Assembly (NCBI GenBank): GCA_000934665.2
Contig: JYFJ02001747.1
Span: forward strand, 1-64,000
Origin: Catajapyx aquilonaris
Lineage: Eukaryota
Length of the DNA stretch: 64,000 nt
Reading direction: 5' to 3'
How positions within the stretch are numbered: position 1 is the first letter of the stretch; each line of letters opens with the position of its first letter. Of the stretch, positions 21,801 to 34,157 are shown piece by piece. The notes beneath the pieces were generated by a model that did not search any database, had not been told where the DNA came from, and saw nothing but the letters and a program-made list of their open reading frames with translations. The translations under genes and the position numbers were made by a program.

Positions 21801-24800
21801 CACACTGATACTGTTGACTACTCGCACTGGAAGGAACCAAAACTGTTGGTCAAGATTCTACTCCAGTACTTCTGTCACCACACTTCCGAGATTGACCTCT
21901 TGTTTCAGCTTCTTAGAGTCTTAACAGACCGATTCCTGACAGACTTTCAGTTTTTGAAGGACTTTTTAGAGGTGACAGTGGCACAGAACTACACTGTGGA
22001 ATGGAAACGACAAGCATTTGCAAGATTTGTGGAGAAATTCTCTGATCCCAATGTGTCACAGGAACTTAAAGCAAAAATATTGCAGTATGTGCTCATTCCA
22101 TGTTTTGCCACAAGCTTTGAGAAAGGTGAAGGTGAACGACTTATTGGTAGTCCTCCAGCCCCTGAGCATGACAACCAGGAAAATATTGTGAGCGTGTTCA
22201 TCAGCCGTGTGATTGATCCTGAGAACCCATTTGGTACCTCTGACTCGATCAGGATACTGCTTCTGCAGTTCTCGTGTCTCTTAGTAGAGCAGGCATCACC
22301 TCACATTCATGATGCAGCCAACAAAAGACAAGGCAACAAGCTTCGGCGTTTGATGACATTTGCCTGGCCATGCTTACTGGGGAAAAACTGTGTGGATCCC
22401 ACCACTAGATACCATGGACATCTCCTCCTCAGCCACATCATTGCCAAGTTTGCCATACACAAGCGCATTGTGCTGCAGGTTGGTGCTCTTTCATGTGCAC
22501 TTTTTGCATTGTAACTTGCACCCAATTCTTCATGTCATAGAATGTAGACTGATATTTTAAAGGTTGTGGTCTCGTTGATTTAGAAATGTGATTGATGAAA
22601 AGGGGAAGGCCAATGTGATGAGAATATTTTTCCTTGGTATAGGTGTTCCACTCACTTCTGAAGGCTCATGCAGTGGAGGCACGCACAGTAGTCCGCCAGG
22701 CTTTAGAAATCCTAACCCCTTCAATGCCTGTGCGCATGGAGGATGGTAATACAATGCTGACCCACTGGACAAAGAAGATCATAGTGGAGGAGGGCCACTC
22801 CATGGCCCAGTTGGTTCACATCCTCCAGCTGGTGGTTAGACACTCAAAGGTGTACTACCCAGTCAGGCATCACCTAGTCCAGCACATGGTTACCTCTGTA
22901 CAAAGGCTAGGATTCACTCCGACTGCCACAATAGAGCACAAGAAGCTGGCTGTTGAGTTGGCCGAGGTTATCATCAAATGGGAGCTGCAGAGGATCAAGG
23001 ATGAGGCAGACTTGCAGGAGGTTCGGATGATTTTTAGTTGCATGCTGAGGTTTGCAAGTCCTAAATACTAAGGCATTGTAGTATTGAATTGTTTGGATGC
23101 TATGTGTTCTGTTTGTACATTGAAGTCAATATGTGATGTAGGTTACATTCCTGTGGATATCTTAGATTTTCATGACTCATTATAAAACAAGCATTATATT
23201 GTACTCTTTCTTTGAGTCTCTTGAGATATGTTTTATTTTTAGAAGTTTACTTTTGTAGTTGTTTCTGAATTTTTTTCAATTATTTTTACTGATCAGCTCA
23301 ATTGCTTTACTTTAGCATGCTAGATAGTTGCATGTAGGTAGAACCAATGCATGTATAGAGCTGGTTCATTTATCCATCTAGAGCCAGAGAGAAGTGACCC
23401 AGGGTTTAGCCCACGGCATAAAGCGCCTGGCCATTGACCCCCAGACGGACATGAAGAAAATACGCCAACATCCTGCCGCTGTCCCCAAGTTGACTGAAGC
23501 CACCAAGCCCATTGAGAAGATACATGCCGAAGCCATTGTCAACTGCCTGCTTCGCCTAGCTTGTCAGGTTGGTGTTCATAATGGGGTTACAATTTTTAGT
23601 TTCAATACTTGAAAATTGTGTGGCATTCTTCAAATCAGCTTGCTTAATCAGAAATTGAACACAAGAAAATTTTATAAGTGTGAAACTGTTAAACTCCTGG
23701 ATAAGCAACCTTTGATGTCCAGAGTAGGGCCCTGTATATTTTTGTAATCGTTCGTGAAATTCAATCCTAGGTGAATGAGGCGACTGTGACAATTGGCGCA
23801 CCTGGTGAGGTCCTGTCTCGTCGATGCGTGGCTTTGTTGAAGACCGCCCTCAAACCAGATGTGTGGAGCAACTGCGAAGTGAAGTTGGGTTGGTTTGAGA
23901 AGATGTTCAACAACATGGAGAGCAGCCAGCCGAACATTGCCAACCTGTGCACTGCCCTCGAGCTTCTGACCTTCCTGCTGGGAATCTTACGCAAGGAGCA
24001 GATCCTTGCTAGCTTCAAGCCACTTCAGAAGGGAATTGCCTCTTGCATGACCAGTGCCAACTCAAAGGTCAATTTTTAGAGATATATTTTCGGTGTCAGT
24101 AAAAAACAACTAAAAATCATTATCTTCCAAGGTGATTCGGGGTGTCCATGGCTTGCTGACTCGCCTGATGAGTATCTTCCCAACTGAGCCCACCAATTCA
24201 ACAGTGGCTTCCAAGCATGAAGAGCTAGAGACACTCTACGCAAGTGTTGGCAAAGCTGTGTATGAGGGCCTGGCTGCATATGAGAAGAACCCGACTGCCA
24301 CTCCATCTACTCTCTTTGGGACTCTGATGCTTCTGAAAGCAGCCTGTGTGAACAACCAATGTTACATTGACCGTCTAATCACCTCCTTCATGCGTGTGCT
24401 GCAGAGGATGGCTAGAGAGCATTTAAGCCAGCCCTCTCCAGAGGCAGGGGCAGTGGCCAATGAGCTGCTCATCCTTAGTCTTGACTTGGTCAAGAACAGG
24501 GTTGGCGTCATGGGGCTTGAGATGAGGAAGCTGTTTATTGGGACTATTCTGGTGTCGCTCATTGAGAAGTCTCCTGATGTCAAGGTCATGAAGGCCATCA
24601 ATAAGGTAATGGGAGTTGATTTGCAATAATTGTAATTTGTAAGATTAGATTTACACATTTAATTTTTTCCATAAAAATAAATAATGTTACCTGCCTCATT
24701 TGTAGATGTTGGAGGATTGGATGAAAAACAAGAACCTGATTGCCATCAACCAAGGTCCTAGTCTGCGGGAGAAGTCCATCTTGTTGGCCAAAATGATGCA

Positions 24801-27800
24801 GTATGTCGAAAAGCGCTTCCCATCTGACCCGGAGCTAAATGCTCAATTCTTGGAACTGGTCAACTACATCTACCGTGATGAGCAGTTCAAAGGGTCAGAC
24901 TTGACTGCCAAACTTGAACCTGCTTTTCTGGCTGGGTTGCGATGTGTGCAGCCTCACATACGTGCCAAATTTTTTGAAGTGTTTGATGCCAGTGTGCCTC
25001 GCCGTTTGTATGATCGCCTGCTATATGTGGCCTGCTCTCAAAACTGGGAGTCAGTGGGACCTCATTATTGGATCAAACAGTGCATTGAGCTGCTGATAGT
25101 GACTGCAGTTCCAACTGCATCCATCCAGAGCCAATGCCCAGGCTCTCTCTTGCCATCAGTGGGGTCTGTGGTGCAGTGGGCAGAACCATCTGACAGGGCA
25201 GCCTTCTCCAACTTTGCCAACTTGGAAACATGCAGCAACGCCAGCCTGGATGCAGAAAGTTTGGAGCAGCATGTGAAGGAGGATGACCTGGATATTGACC
25301 TGCCGGAGTCAGCCACTAAGCAGGAGGAAGTTGATCCAAAGGCCAATCTCAAGCTAATCATCACTAGACAGGCAAAGTTTCTGGAAAGTGTCAGAGAGGT
25401 GAAGACTGTTCATTTTCTGCAGTCTATGGCCCAGTTATGCCACATGGACACCCCATTAGCAGAGAGGGTCTGGCTTGATATATTCCCGCAGATGTGGCGT
25501 ATCCTGAAGGAGAGGCAACAACATGTAAGTAATAGTCCCTGCTTATTGAGTTACCACTTTCCATGGAAGAGTAATTGATTGCTGTACAATTGTTGGGTGG
25601 GTATTCAACCAGTAGTGGGAATTTTATTCATATGTTGTTATTATCTGTTGGATTCCATAGGCTCTCCTCATGTGCTACACTTTAAAGTTAATCTAAAGTG
25701 GCCATCAGGAAATGATGAGAATAAATAGGATGAGTCTGCTCCTGCTTTGCAGTTTGAGCGTCTCATGATTATTAAAACAAAAAAGCTGATAAGATCTGAT
25801 CCAGTCTCTAGGTGGCCATTGCTAGTTTTGTGATGTAGGGCTTTGGGATGTACAACAATAAGGGCTAATAGATATATCCAGATTGTTCATTTGAAGGGCC
25901 TGCATTTTTGGAGTAGCAGTTACTGACTAGGGTCATTTTTATTTGTAGGCTCTGGCAGGTGAGCTGTCCACATTTGTGTGCAGTGGCTCACATGTAATAC
26001 AGAAGGATTGCCACCTGAGTGCAATGTGCACATTTGTGGAGTCCATGTCCCAGTGTGTTCCAGCCATCCCAATGAAACCGTGCGTGGTGAAATACCTGGG
26101 CAAGTCGCACAACCTGTGGCATCGGATGACTCTTTTGCTGGAGCAGTCTGCTTTTGACACCAATGCTGCCCCCGGTCATTTGAAAGCCCGAAGTGATGCA
26201 GCCGACTGCTATGAGTTTGAACCGGTCACCTCTCCACTGCAGGAAACCATGGATGCACTGTCAGAGATGTATTCCCTGCTCAGAGAAGAGGACATGTGGG
26301 CAGGCTTGTGGCAGAGAAGGGCGAAATATAATGACACTAATGCAGCCATTGCTTATGAGCAGCAAGGGTTTTTTGAACAAGCTCTTGCTTCATATGAGCT
26401 CTGCATGATGAAAGCCAAGACAGAGTTCTCAACCATCGCTGCACCGGTTAGTAATGACCATTCTATGGTGACTGAAAATTCAGTAGTCATCCCCACATTT
26501 TAAAATCACAGGGCGACATGGTGGCGGAGTGGTTAGCACCACAGCCTTCCACCTCTGATCCTCCACCTGTGAGGTCCCGAGTTCGATCCCTGGGTTGGAC
26601 GGATGATACTTATGTGGATAGAGTTTCGATGGGTTCTCTCCGTGTTTGCGTGGGTTTTCTCGGGGCTCTCCCGTTTCCTCCTGCAATGAAAATCCATCGC
26701 AGCACAAGCAATGATTAAAGACGGTTTACAAAAAGGTGATCCCCTAAGAGGCCCAAGGAGGCCTATCACGGGGTATCCATTATTATTATTTTAAAATCAC
26801 AAAGTTGGTATAGTACAACATGACTATATCTGAACCCTATTGTAGTGAAAACTTGCAGTGAGATGGCCGACACGGTGGCTGAGTGGTTAGTGCCATGGCC
26901 TTCCACCTCTAAGGTCCAGAGTTCGATCCCCAGGTTGGATAGAGTTTCGATGGGTTCTCTCTGTGTTCGCGTGGGTTTTCCAGTTTCCCCCCCGCAATTA
27001 AAATCCATCACAGCGCAGGCAATGATTAAAGTCAGATATTTAAAAGATGATCCCCTAAGAGGCCCAAGGAGGCCTATCACGGGGTATCCACTATTATTAT
27101 TAACTTGCAGTGAGATACCTGACGTAGCTAATTCCTCAAATTGAATTCAGGCATTATTCCCTATTCCCATAAATATGAAGTGAATAGAGAAATTCATAAT
27201 ATGCGTTCTTCAATTCATATTGCAGCAATACTGTATAGTCAAACCTTGTTGCAATGATATGCTCTTCTTGGTTAGGTGAGCATGCAGTCTGAGATGCGAC
27301 TGTGGGAGGACCACTGGGTGCGGTGCTCAAAGGAGATGAACCAGTGGGATGTGCTGCTTGAGTATGCCACCAGTAAGGACTGCCGCAACCCAATGCTAAT
27401 TATGGAAAGTGCTTGGAGAGTTCCTAATTGGATCCTGATGAAGGAAGTGTGCAAGGAGGCTGAACAGTTTTACCCCAAGGAGCTTGGCTGGAAGTATCAT
27501 CTGCATTCGGGCTTTCTGGACATTTTCAAGCCAGATCAGCCAGACTTGGCAGCAGTGGAGAAGCATGTGGAACAGGCCAGCAGTGTCTGCATGAAGGAGT
27601 GGAGGCGCCTTCCACATGTGGTCTCGCACATCCACCTGCCATACCTACAGGCTGCCCAGCAGATCATGGAGCTGCAGGAGGCAACCCAGATTCATCAGGG
27701 ACTCAGTCATGGGAGGGCCAATGCCCTTCATGATATGAAGGCAATTGTCAAGACCTGGAGGAACCGCCTTCCTGTGCTCGCTGATGACCTTAGCCACTGG

Positions 27801-30800
27801 AGCGATATATTCTTCTGGAGGCAGCACCACTACCAGGTCCGATGAGACATTTTCAATTATCAGTTATGCTCATACTACACAGTAAGCTCAAAACAGGTGT
27901 GGGAATTCCATTCACTATCAATGAATTTACCATTTTAAGTAGTGGCGATACAGTGCATTAATTGGTGTTTGGGAACATTACACGTGTAGTACAAGTTTTG
28001 AGTGTCCTATCGTAAGCTTGCATCTATTCATGGCAAGTTTACATGCACAGTATACAGGGTGTTCAGAAAGTATGCAGGATTCTGAATTTTAAAATCCTGT
28101 GAAATTTTGTTAGAGAATTTATTCTTGAAACACAAGCCTTGCAAGGTTAGGATGCACAGTTCTGTGAGTTAAAATTTTATTAAATGTGATACAATTAAAA
28201 ACTGGGAAATGACCACTGTCACACCTTGGCACATGGTTGTGGATCAGTTGCCTGCTCTCATGATAGTAATGCAGAGTGTTTAGTATACAAGTGTCCATTG
28301 GCAGGTCCTTTGACTAAATGTTGTACAATTTTCACTTCATAATGGTGTTCTGTACATCTGGTATCAAACTCAGATTATATTTTCCAAACATCATGCTTGT
28401 CATAAAAGACGTTTGGAACAACTAGTCAAATGAACAATCAAGGTGCCAACAAAATGTAGTGTATGCCTTCAACAACATGCCGTAACTCTTTGACCTGCCT
28501 TTTCAGGTGATATCATCCCACTATGATTCTCATGACCAGGCTACAAATCACAGCATGCTTGGGGTGCATGCGTCAGCCCAGGCCATCATCCACTTTGGGA
28601 AGATTGCTCGCAAGCACAATTTGACAGGGGTGTGCCTGGACTCCCTGTCGCGCATCTACTCCATTCCCAGTGTGCCCATAGTCGACTGCTTTCAGAAGAT
28701 CCGACAGCAAGTCAAGTGCTACCTGCAGATGGCACAGGTCATGGGGAAGAATGAGCTGCAGGAGGTGAGCAAATGTGTTGTCCCTGGCATGCCCAGGATC
28801 AAAATCTGTCTGGTTTGCTTGTGGTAAGGATATTAGTTGCCACACTATATTATCAGATCATACTCATTCACGCAGAATTAAAATTGCACATTAAATGAGA
28901 AAAATATTCTGTGTAAGGACTAGCCCTTAGTGTGAATAGCCACTGCACTATGTTGGCTTAAAAGGTGCAACCAGTTGTCCTGAGCTTTCTGGTTGGTATA
29001 ATGCTGACCAATCATGACACTTTTCATTAATCCAACATTGTTCCAACAGGGCTTGGAAGTGATTGAATCAACCAACCTGAAATACTTCAGCAAAGAAATG
29101 ACAGCTGAATTTTATGCACTCAAGGGAATGCTCCTGGCTCAGATTGGCCGATCAGATGAAGCCAATAAGGCCTTCTCAGCAGCAGTGCAGATGCTGGATA
29201 CCCTAGTTAAAGCCTGGGCTCTCTGGGGAGAGTATCTGGAGCATATATTCTCAAAGGATTCTAAGCAAATGAACTGGGGTGTTTCAGCTGTCACTTGCTA
29301 CCTGCATGCCTGCCGCCACCAAAATGAGTCCAAATCCAGGAAATACCTGGCCAAAGTTTTGTGGTTGCTGACCTATGATGATGAGAAGTCATCTCTGGCA
29401 GAGAGTGTGGACAAATATTGCATTGGTGTGCCACCCATTCACTGGCTGCCTTGGGTGCCCCAACTACTGACCTGCCTTGTGAGGAGTGAAGGGAAACACA
29501 TCATGAATTTGCTGGGACAGGTTGGACGACTATTTCCACAGGCAGTCTATTTCCCCATACGTACCCTCTACCTCACCCTCAAGATTGAGCAGAGAGAGAG
29601 GTATAAGAGTGCAGAGATGGCTGCTGCACTGGGAAAGCAGATGTCCCTGTCTCAGTCTCCACAGGTAAAAGATTATATCCTTTTATGTCACAAAATATTT
29701 TTTGAATGAGTATTAAATGAACTTATTTGTAGTACATTAAGCTCTGCAGATTTTTAGCAACTAATTCGATTCTTTAGAAGCATACAGGCCGAATTTCAAT
29801 TGTGTTATGCACTGTGATTCCACTTATAAGTGGGCAGTTTCTAAAATTATGCACTGGTCGTGGGTTATTTCAGGTGGTCGCCAGTGGTAGCTCCACTACA
29901 TCAGCTGATTCTACAACTCCGGGCACCCCAATGACACCTGTCACTGCTGAAAGCTTGGCACAGAGTGCTCAGCAACAAGGTACGTTAAGAAGGAGAAGAG
30001 TAACCATTATTGTGGAGCAAAGGATCACTTTTTTTTGAGTACTGAATTCTTTGCAAGTTTGGTTTTAAAATGTCTTGTTGTGTATTCTTGGAACCAAAGC
30101 ATGGGATAGGAGACAGTTTTTATGTCACTATGACCATCAGCATTCGATACATGCAAGACAGAGACATAAATATTTTAAAAAACAGTCTTTCCTTTCTTCT
30201 TTTTCCTCTTCGTTTCTGTCTCCATTTGTCCCACCTTTGCATCTTCTACAGTCAGATAGCCATAGTTGCTTTGGCTCCTTCCAAATAAACCTGACCTAAA
30301 CCTAAGCAACTGGTCCCAGTGATTGCAACATAGCATGTGACTATGATGACAACTGCAAACTACGAACATCCTAACTATAGTCACAAATTTTTTGTGCAGG
30401 TCAAATGCCATCATCGCAGCCCTCTGCTCAAACATCCAGCCAGGCAGAGAGTGGGGGTGCCCCCATTCGTGCCACTCCTCCAATGTGGATGTGCTCCCGC
30501 ATCATGCACACACAGCGAGATGCTCATCCAACAGTCCTCTCTTCCTTGGAAGGGATAGTGGATCAGATGGTTTGGTTCCGTGAAAACTGGTACGAAGAGG
30601 TCCTCCGCCAGTTGCGTCAGGGCCTGGCCAAGTGCTATGCCATTGCATTTGAGAACAGAGGCGCAGTTGCTGAGGCCACCATCACCCCTCACCTGCTCAA
30701 CTTCGTCAAGAAGCTGGTATCTACCTTTGGGATTGGGATAGAGAACATTTCTAGCTCTGTTAGTGCTAATTTTGGAAGCACAGCATCGGAGAGTCTTGCC

Positions 30801-33800
30801 AGAAGAGCCCAGGCCACAGTCCAGGATCCAGTGTTTCAGAGGATGAAGGGGCAGTTTAGCAGTGACTTTGACTTTGGTGTTGCTGGTGCCCTCAAGCTGC
30901 AAAGTCTTATCTACAAGCTCAAAAAGTGGATTAAGGTTCTTGAGAACAGGACAAAGTTGCTGCCCACGTGAGTTGCCCCTCCAACAGTAAATGTCTAGGC
31001 TCATGTTTTTCTTTGGCTGACTACTTATGCTAGCAGTCACCAATGTCGAAGTGCACTTGATTTTATCTATGCCAGGTTGATCGAGTTACACCAGGACGGA
31101 GTTTACATTCATATGAAAACCAATCCCATGCCCTTGGGAAGTTATGTGACACATCCCTTCTTGCCAATCCTATTTCCTTCGTAATCTTAGCACTCTTTTA
31201 ATCATTGTTGTTTCAGCTGAAACGTGTGTGTTTCAGAAAACTTTTGCAGGTATTCCTGGAGTAATTTAAGAAAGTGCCTCCTTGTGAACTTCCTGAGGTA
31301 GATATTCATGGACTCCTTTTTTCCCCCACAGGTCATTCCTTATTGAGGAGAAGTGCCGGTTCTTAAGCAACTTCAACCTGCACACAGCAGAAGTGGAACT
31401 TCCAGGGGAGTTCTTACTCCCTAAGGTAAAGGTAGTAACCGTTTCCTGTCCATACCGTGTTGTCTACCCTGAGTTTGTGTGTGCCTATCAAACCTGCTCA
31501 TTACCAGGGAAAAGGTCAAGTCCTTCTTGTGTGTTTGTAACTCAACCACCCTATTTACCACCTGGTTTTACATTGTAGTGCTGTAACAGTGTCTCATTTT
31601 TGTCTCCGAGATTTTGCTCTGCCTTGGTTTTTTAGATTATAAGCCCCTGTACAATGATGCTGAAATGACCCTCCCTATCATGCTTGTAAGTGTAATACTT
31701 GGTGTCATATGTTCATGAAAAAGTAATGATTGAAAGCTTACTTGTCAACCCAGTAAAATGAGTGGATTTTTTGAGTTTCTTAGTCACAAGTATTCTTGGA
31801 GTCACTTTTCATTTAGTTGTGATTCCTTTGTCATGATTTGTATGTATGCATATATCTGGCTCTGCTTGAAATCATTTTCAGCACACACACTACTACGTGC
31901 GAATAGCCCGGTTTATGCCCCGAGTGGAGATTGTCCAGAAGCACAACACTGCTGCACGAAGGCTGTATATCCGCGGCCACAATGGGAAGATTTATCCATA
32001 TTTGGTTGTGAATGACTCTGGTCTTGGGGATGCCAGGAGAGAGGAGAGGGTTCTGCAGCTCCTGAGAATGCTCAATGGATATCTTGGAAAGCAAAAGGCA
32101 TGTCTTCTCTCGGATCTGATTCTCAGGAGTGTTACACTCAAATCTTATGCTATTACAGGAGACGTCCCGTCGCTTCCTGAACTTCACTGTTCCTCGAGTG
32201 GTGGCTGTTTCCCCGCAGATGCGCTTGGTGGAGGACAACCCATCCTCTGTGTCACTCTTAGATATCTTCAAGCAGAGGTGCTCCCGTCGGGCGGTGGAGC
32301 ATGACATGCCTATATCCAAGTACTACGACCGTTTGGCTACTGTACAGGGGAGAGGGTCACAGGCCAGCCACCAGGTCTTGAGGGACATCCTCAGGGACGT
32401 CCAATCCAACATGGTTCCTCGCTCAATGCTAAGGGAGTGGGGGGCACATGCTTTCCCATCTGCCACCGATTACTGGACTTTCAGGAAAATGGTCAGTCTG
32501 AGAAGGGTGTTTCAGTGATAAGCTGTAGTGGAATGCATGCCTGCCTTGAGCTTGCTGTGAAAGAGGGTGCTATTATTGCTTTCAGTGGGGTGGTTTTGGT
32601 GGGAGATATTGCATCAAGTGATAGTTGTTGATGTAATTCATCATGCACAAACAGGACAGCACCATTTCCTCTCTTTCATGCATAATCCTTAATTACTGCA
32701 GTGGTGAATAAGAAGAAGCACTATTTTTTAGGAACAACTGCTTGTGTGAGGATAGTGTGAAAAGAACCTTCTTATAATATAATCCGTTGGATGGTCCATG
32801 CTAAGTAGACTTCTTTTTCTTTGCAGTTAACCCTTCAGCTGTCCTTAGCGGGGCTGGCGGAGTATGTCCTCCACCTGACTCGACTGAACCCAGATATGAT
32901 GTACCTGCACCAAGATTCAGGCATGATGAATGTGTCTTACTACAAGTTTGATGTGGATGATGGCTCAGGAGAGCTGGATGCCAACCGCCCAGTCCCGTTC
33001 AGGCTCACTCCAAATGTGTCGGAATTCCTCACGCCGATAGGTGTGGGGGGACCTTTCACTGCAAGCATGGTAGCTGTGTCAAGGTGTCTAGTGCAGCCCT
33101 CCTTCAAGGTGCAGGCCATCCTCAGGGCTGTGCTACGGGATGAAATGATTGCGTGGCACAAAAAGGTAAGGGGAGTCAGTACGCTTGGTCTAGAACAGGG
33201 GTGGCCAAACCGCGGCACTTTGACATTACATGTGTGGTTCTCGGACATATGCTGACTGGGCTTATTCCTTTGCTGGTCAGTAAAAAAGTTAATGCTGACT
33301 ATGACACGGTTTTTTAAAGGTAATACGAAGCAACAATTGTGAAAAAGAAAAAGTATGTGTAATTTTGTAATATTTGTTTATGTCTCGCGGCTCTTCAGTG
33401 CCTGAAGTTTATCGCATTTGGCTCTCACGTTAAGCAAGTTTGGCAACCCCTGGTCTAGAATATGTTGTACATCTTAATTTTTTTCTGCAGAAGCAAGATG
33501 ACAGGGAAAGTGTGACAGGTCAACCAGCAGACATGGAAGGAGACCTCTTAATCAGCATGGTCAGTAAGGCTGTTAGTGCCATCATGAACAGGCTTCAGTC
33601 ACTTTCCACGTTGGACGGGAACGATAGTAAGGTAAGACATACATTATTTTAGTACAGTTAATGTGTATTATAAACACATGTAGGAGCTGAACCCAATGTG
33701 ATCAAAAAATTCGTAAGAAGCTTACAATTTTCCAGTTGAGCATCGTCTACAAATAATTTCTTTTGCAGGTGAGCACTCTTGTCACTGCTGCCAACAGCCA

Positions 33801-33846
33801 CGATAACTTGTGTCGAATGGACCCTGCCTGGCATCCTTGGCTGTGA
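13273..33846 (+). CDS. TRRAP: Transformation/transcription domain-associated protein (TRRAP / Nipped-A / Tra1), PIKK pseudokinase, 30 coding exons
   Basis: Exons: 13273-13545, 13785-13973, 14095-14289, 14379-14545, 14718-14953, 15011-15215, 15612-16179, 16466-16678, 17553-17863, 17951-18548, 19263-19994, 20214-20801, 20988-22478, 22643-23020, 23382-23567, 23771-24067, 24132-24605, 24706-25524, 25949-26446, 27276-27836, 28507-28764, 29050-29664, 29874-29979, 30400-30967, 31332-31425, 31882-32097, 32159-32491, 32827-33165, 33491-33631, 33769-33846. Hallmarks: LRPLAYSTLADLVHHVR, LFRSIGGGSHDLLYQEFLPLL, LFVELCLTVPVRLSSLLPYLP, FAT domain WRNRLP..DDLSHWSD, kinase-dead LTRLNPD/VPFRLTPN, and FATC end NLCRMDPAWHPWL*. 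Confidence 0.97.
15787..15822 (+). repeat. CAG/CAA repeat encoding Q12 in TRRAP
   Basis: (CAG)7 CAA CAA CAG CAG CAA, in frame in exon 15612-16179. Confidence 0.95.
16807..17147 (-). mobile_element. tRNA-derived SINE with poly(A) tail in a TRRAP intron
   Basis: Minus strand: A box TGGCCGAGATGG, B box GGTTCGATCCC, 3' CCCCCTAAAAAGGCTCAGCCTTATCACTGGGTA followed by an A-tract. AGGGAC occurs on both flanks (probable TSD). Confidence 0.85.
17333..17463. mobile_element. PIF/Harbinger MITE (131 bp)
   Basis: TTA|GGCCGCGTTTCCATGTGAGCGATTT ... AAATTGCTCACATGTAAACGCGGCC|TTA: 25-bp TIR with 2 mismatches and a TTA TSD. Confidence 0.88.
25708..25802 (+). ncRNA. Intronic box C/D guide RNA (scaRNA) predicted to 2'-O-methylate U2 snRNA U47 (human numbering; U48 in Drosophila); mgU2-47/SCARNA28-like
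   Basis: C box ATGATGA 25712-25718, D box CTGA 25796-25799, terminal GGA/TCC pairing plus an outer TGGCCA/TGGCCA stem. D'-like TTGA at 25754 and C'-like ATGATTA at 25765. The D-guide AAGCTGATAAGA (25783-25794) is the reverse complement of insect U2 UCUUAUCAGCUU as recalled. Confidence 0.75.
26511..26787 (+). mobile_element. tRNA-derived SINE (copy A) in a TRRAP intron
   Basis: A box TGGCGGAGTGG, B box AGTTCGATCCC, tail GATCCCCTAAGAGGCCCAAGGAGGCCTATCACGGGGTATCC plus (ATT)n. 14-bp TSD ATTTTAAAATCACA (26497-26510 / 26788-26801). Confidence 0.92.
26865..27101 (+). mobile_element. tRNA-derived SINE (copy B, same family as copy A)
   Basis: Same head, body and tail as 26511-26787. 15-bp TSD AACTTGCAGTGAGAT (26850-26864 / 27102-27116). 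Confidence 0.92.
33196..33452. mobile_element. hAT (Charlie-like) MITE in a TRRAP intron
   Basis: TIR CAGGGGTGGCCAAAC / GTTTGGCAACCCCTG with a perfect 8-bp TSD GTCTAGAA (33188-33195 / 33453-33460). Confidence 0.93.
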
Positions 33847-34157
33847 ATTGAAAACAGAGACAGGTGGAATTATCAAGAGAAACAAATAATCAATATTGAA
33901 ATCATGAATAATTATAAGATCTCAGCTAGCTTTAATGGCTGGATGTATGTCAAGAGATTGTGTTTTAAATCTCAGCCAGGTTTTTTTAAAAAATGTAAGA
34001 CTGTGTATGTTTTGTATTACCTTTACCTATCATGCATGTAAGGTGGACAGGTTGTCATTCTTGTAAATGAGGAAAGTTCATTAAAATATTTGATTAAGAA
34101 ATTGTATTTTTTTTTCCTTTCTTTGCATCTGATTGACAAGGTAAATGAATGGTGAAG

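Noticed and set aside
25822..25930. Second C/D RNA (GTGATGT...CTGA with CTAG stem) in the same TRRAP intron
   Set aside because: The C box is non-canonical, no target is recognisable, and the CTGA coincides with the likely branch point TACTGAC about 21 nt from the acceptor.
28950..29022. H/ACA scaRNA hairpin with TGAG loop and TAAAAGGTG (U5 loop-1-like complement)
   Set aside because: The other pocket strand does not pair with U5, and the ACA spacing is wrong.
30411..31043. 210-aa minus-strand ORF, and other ORFs antisense to BBS1, TRRAP and NWD exons
   Set aside because: These are antisense shadows of real exons and have no independent motifs.
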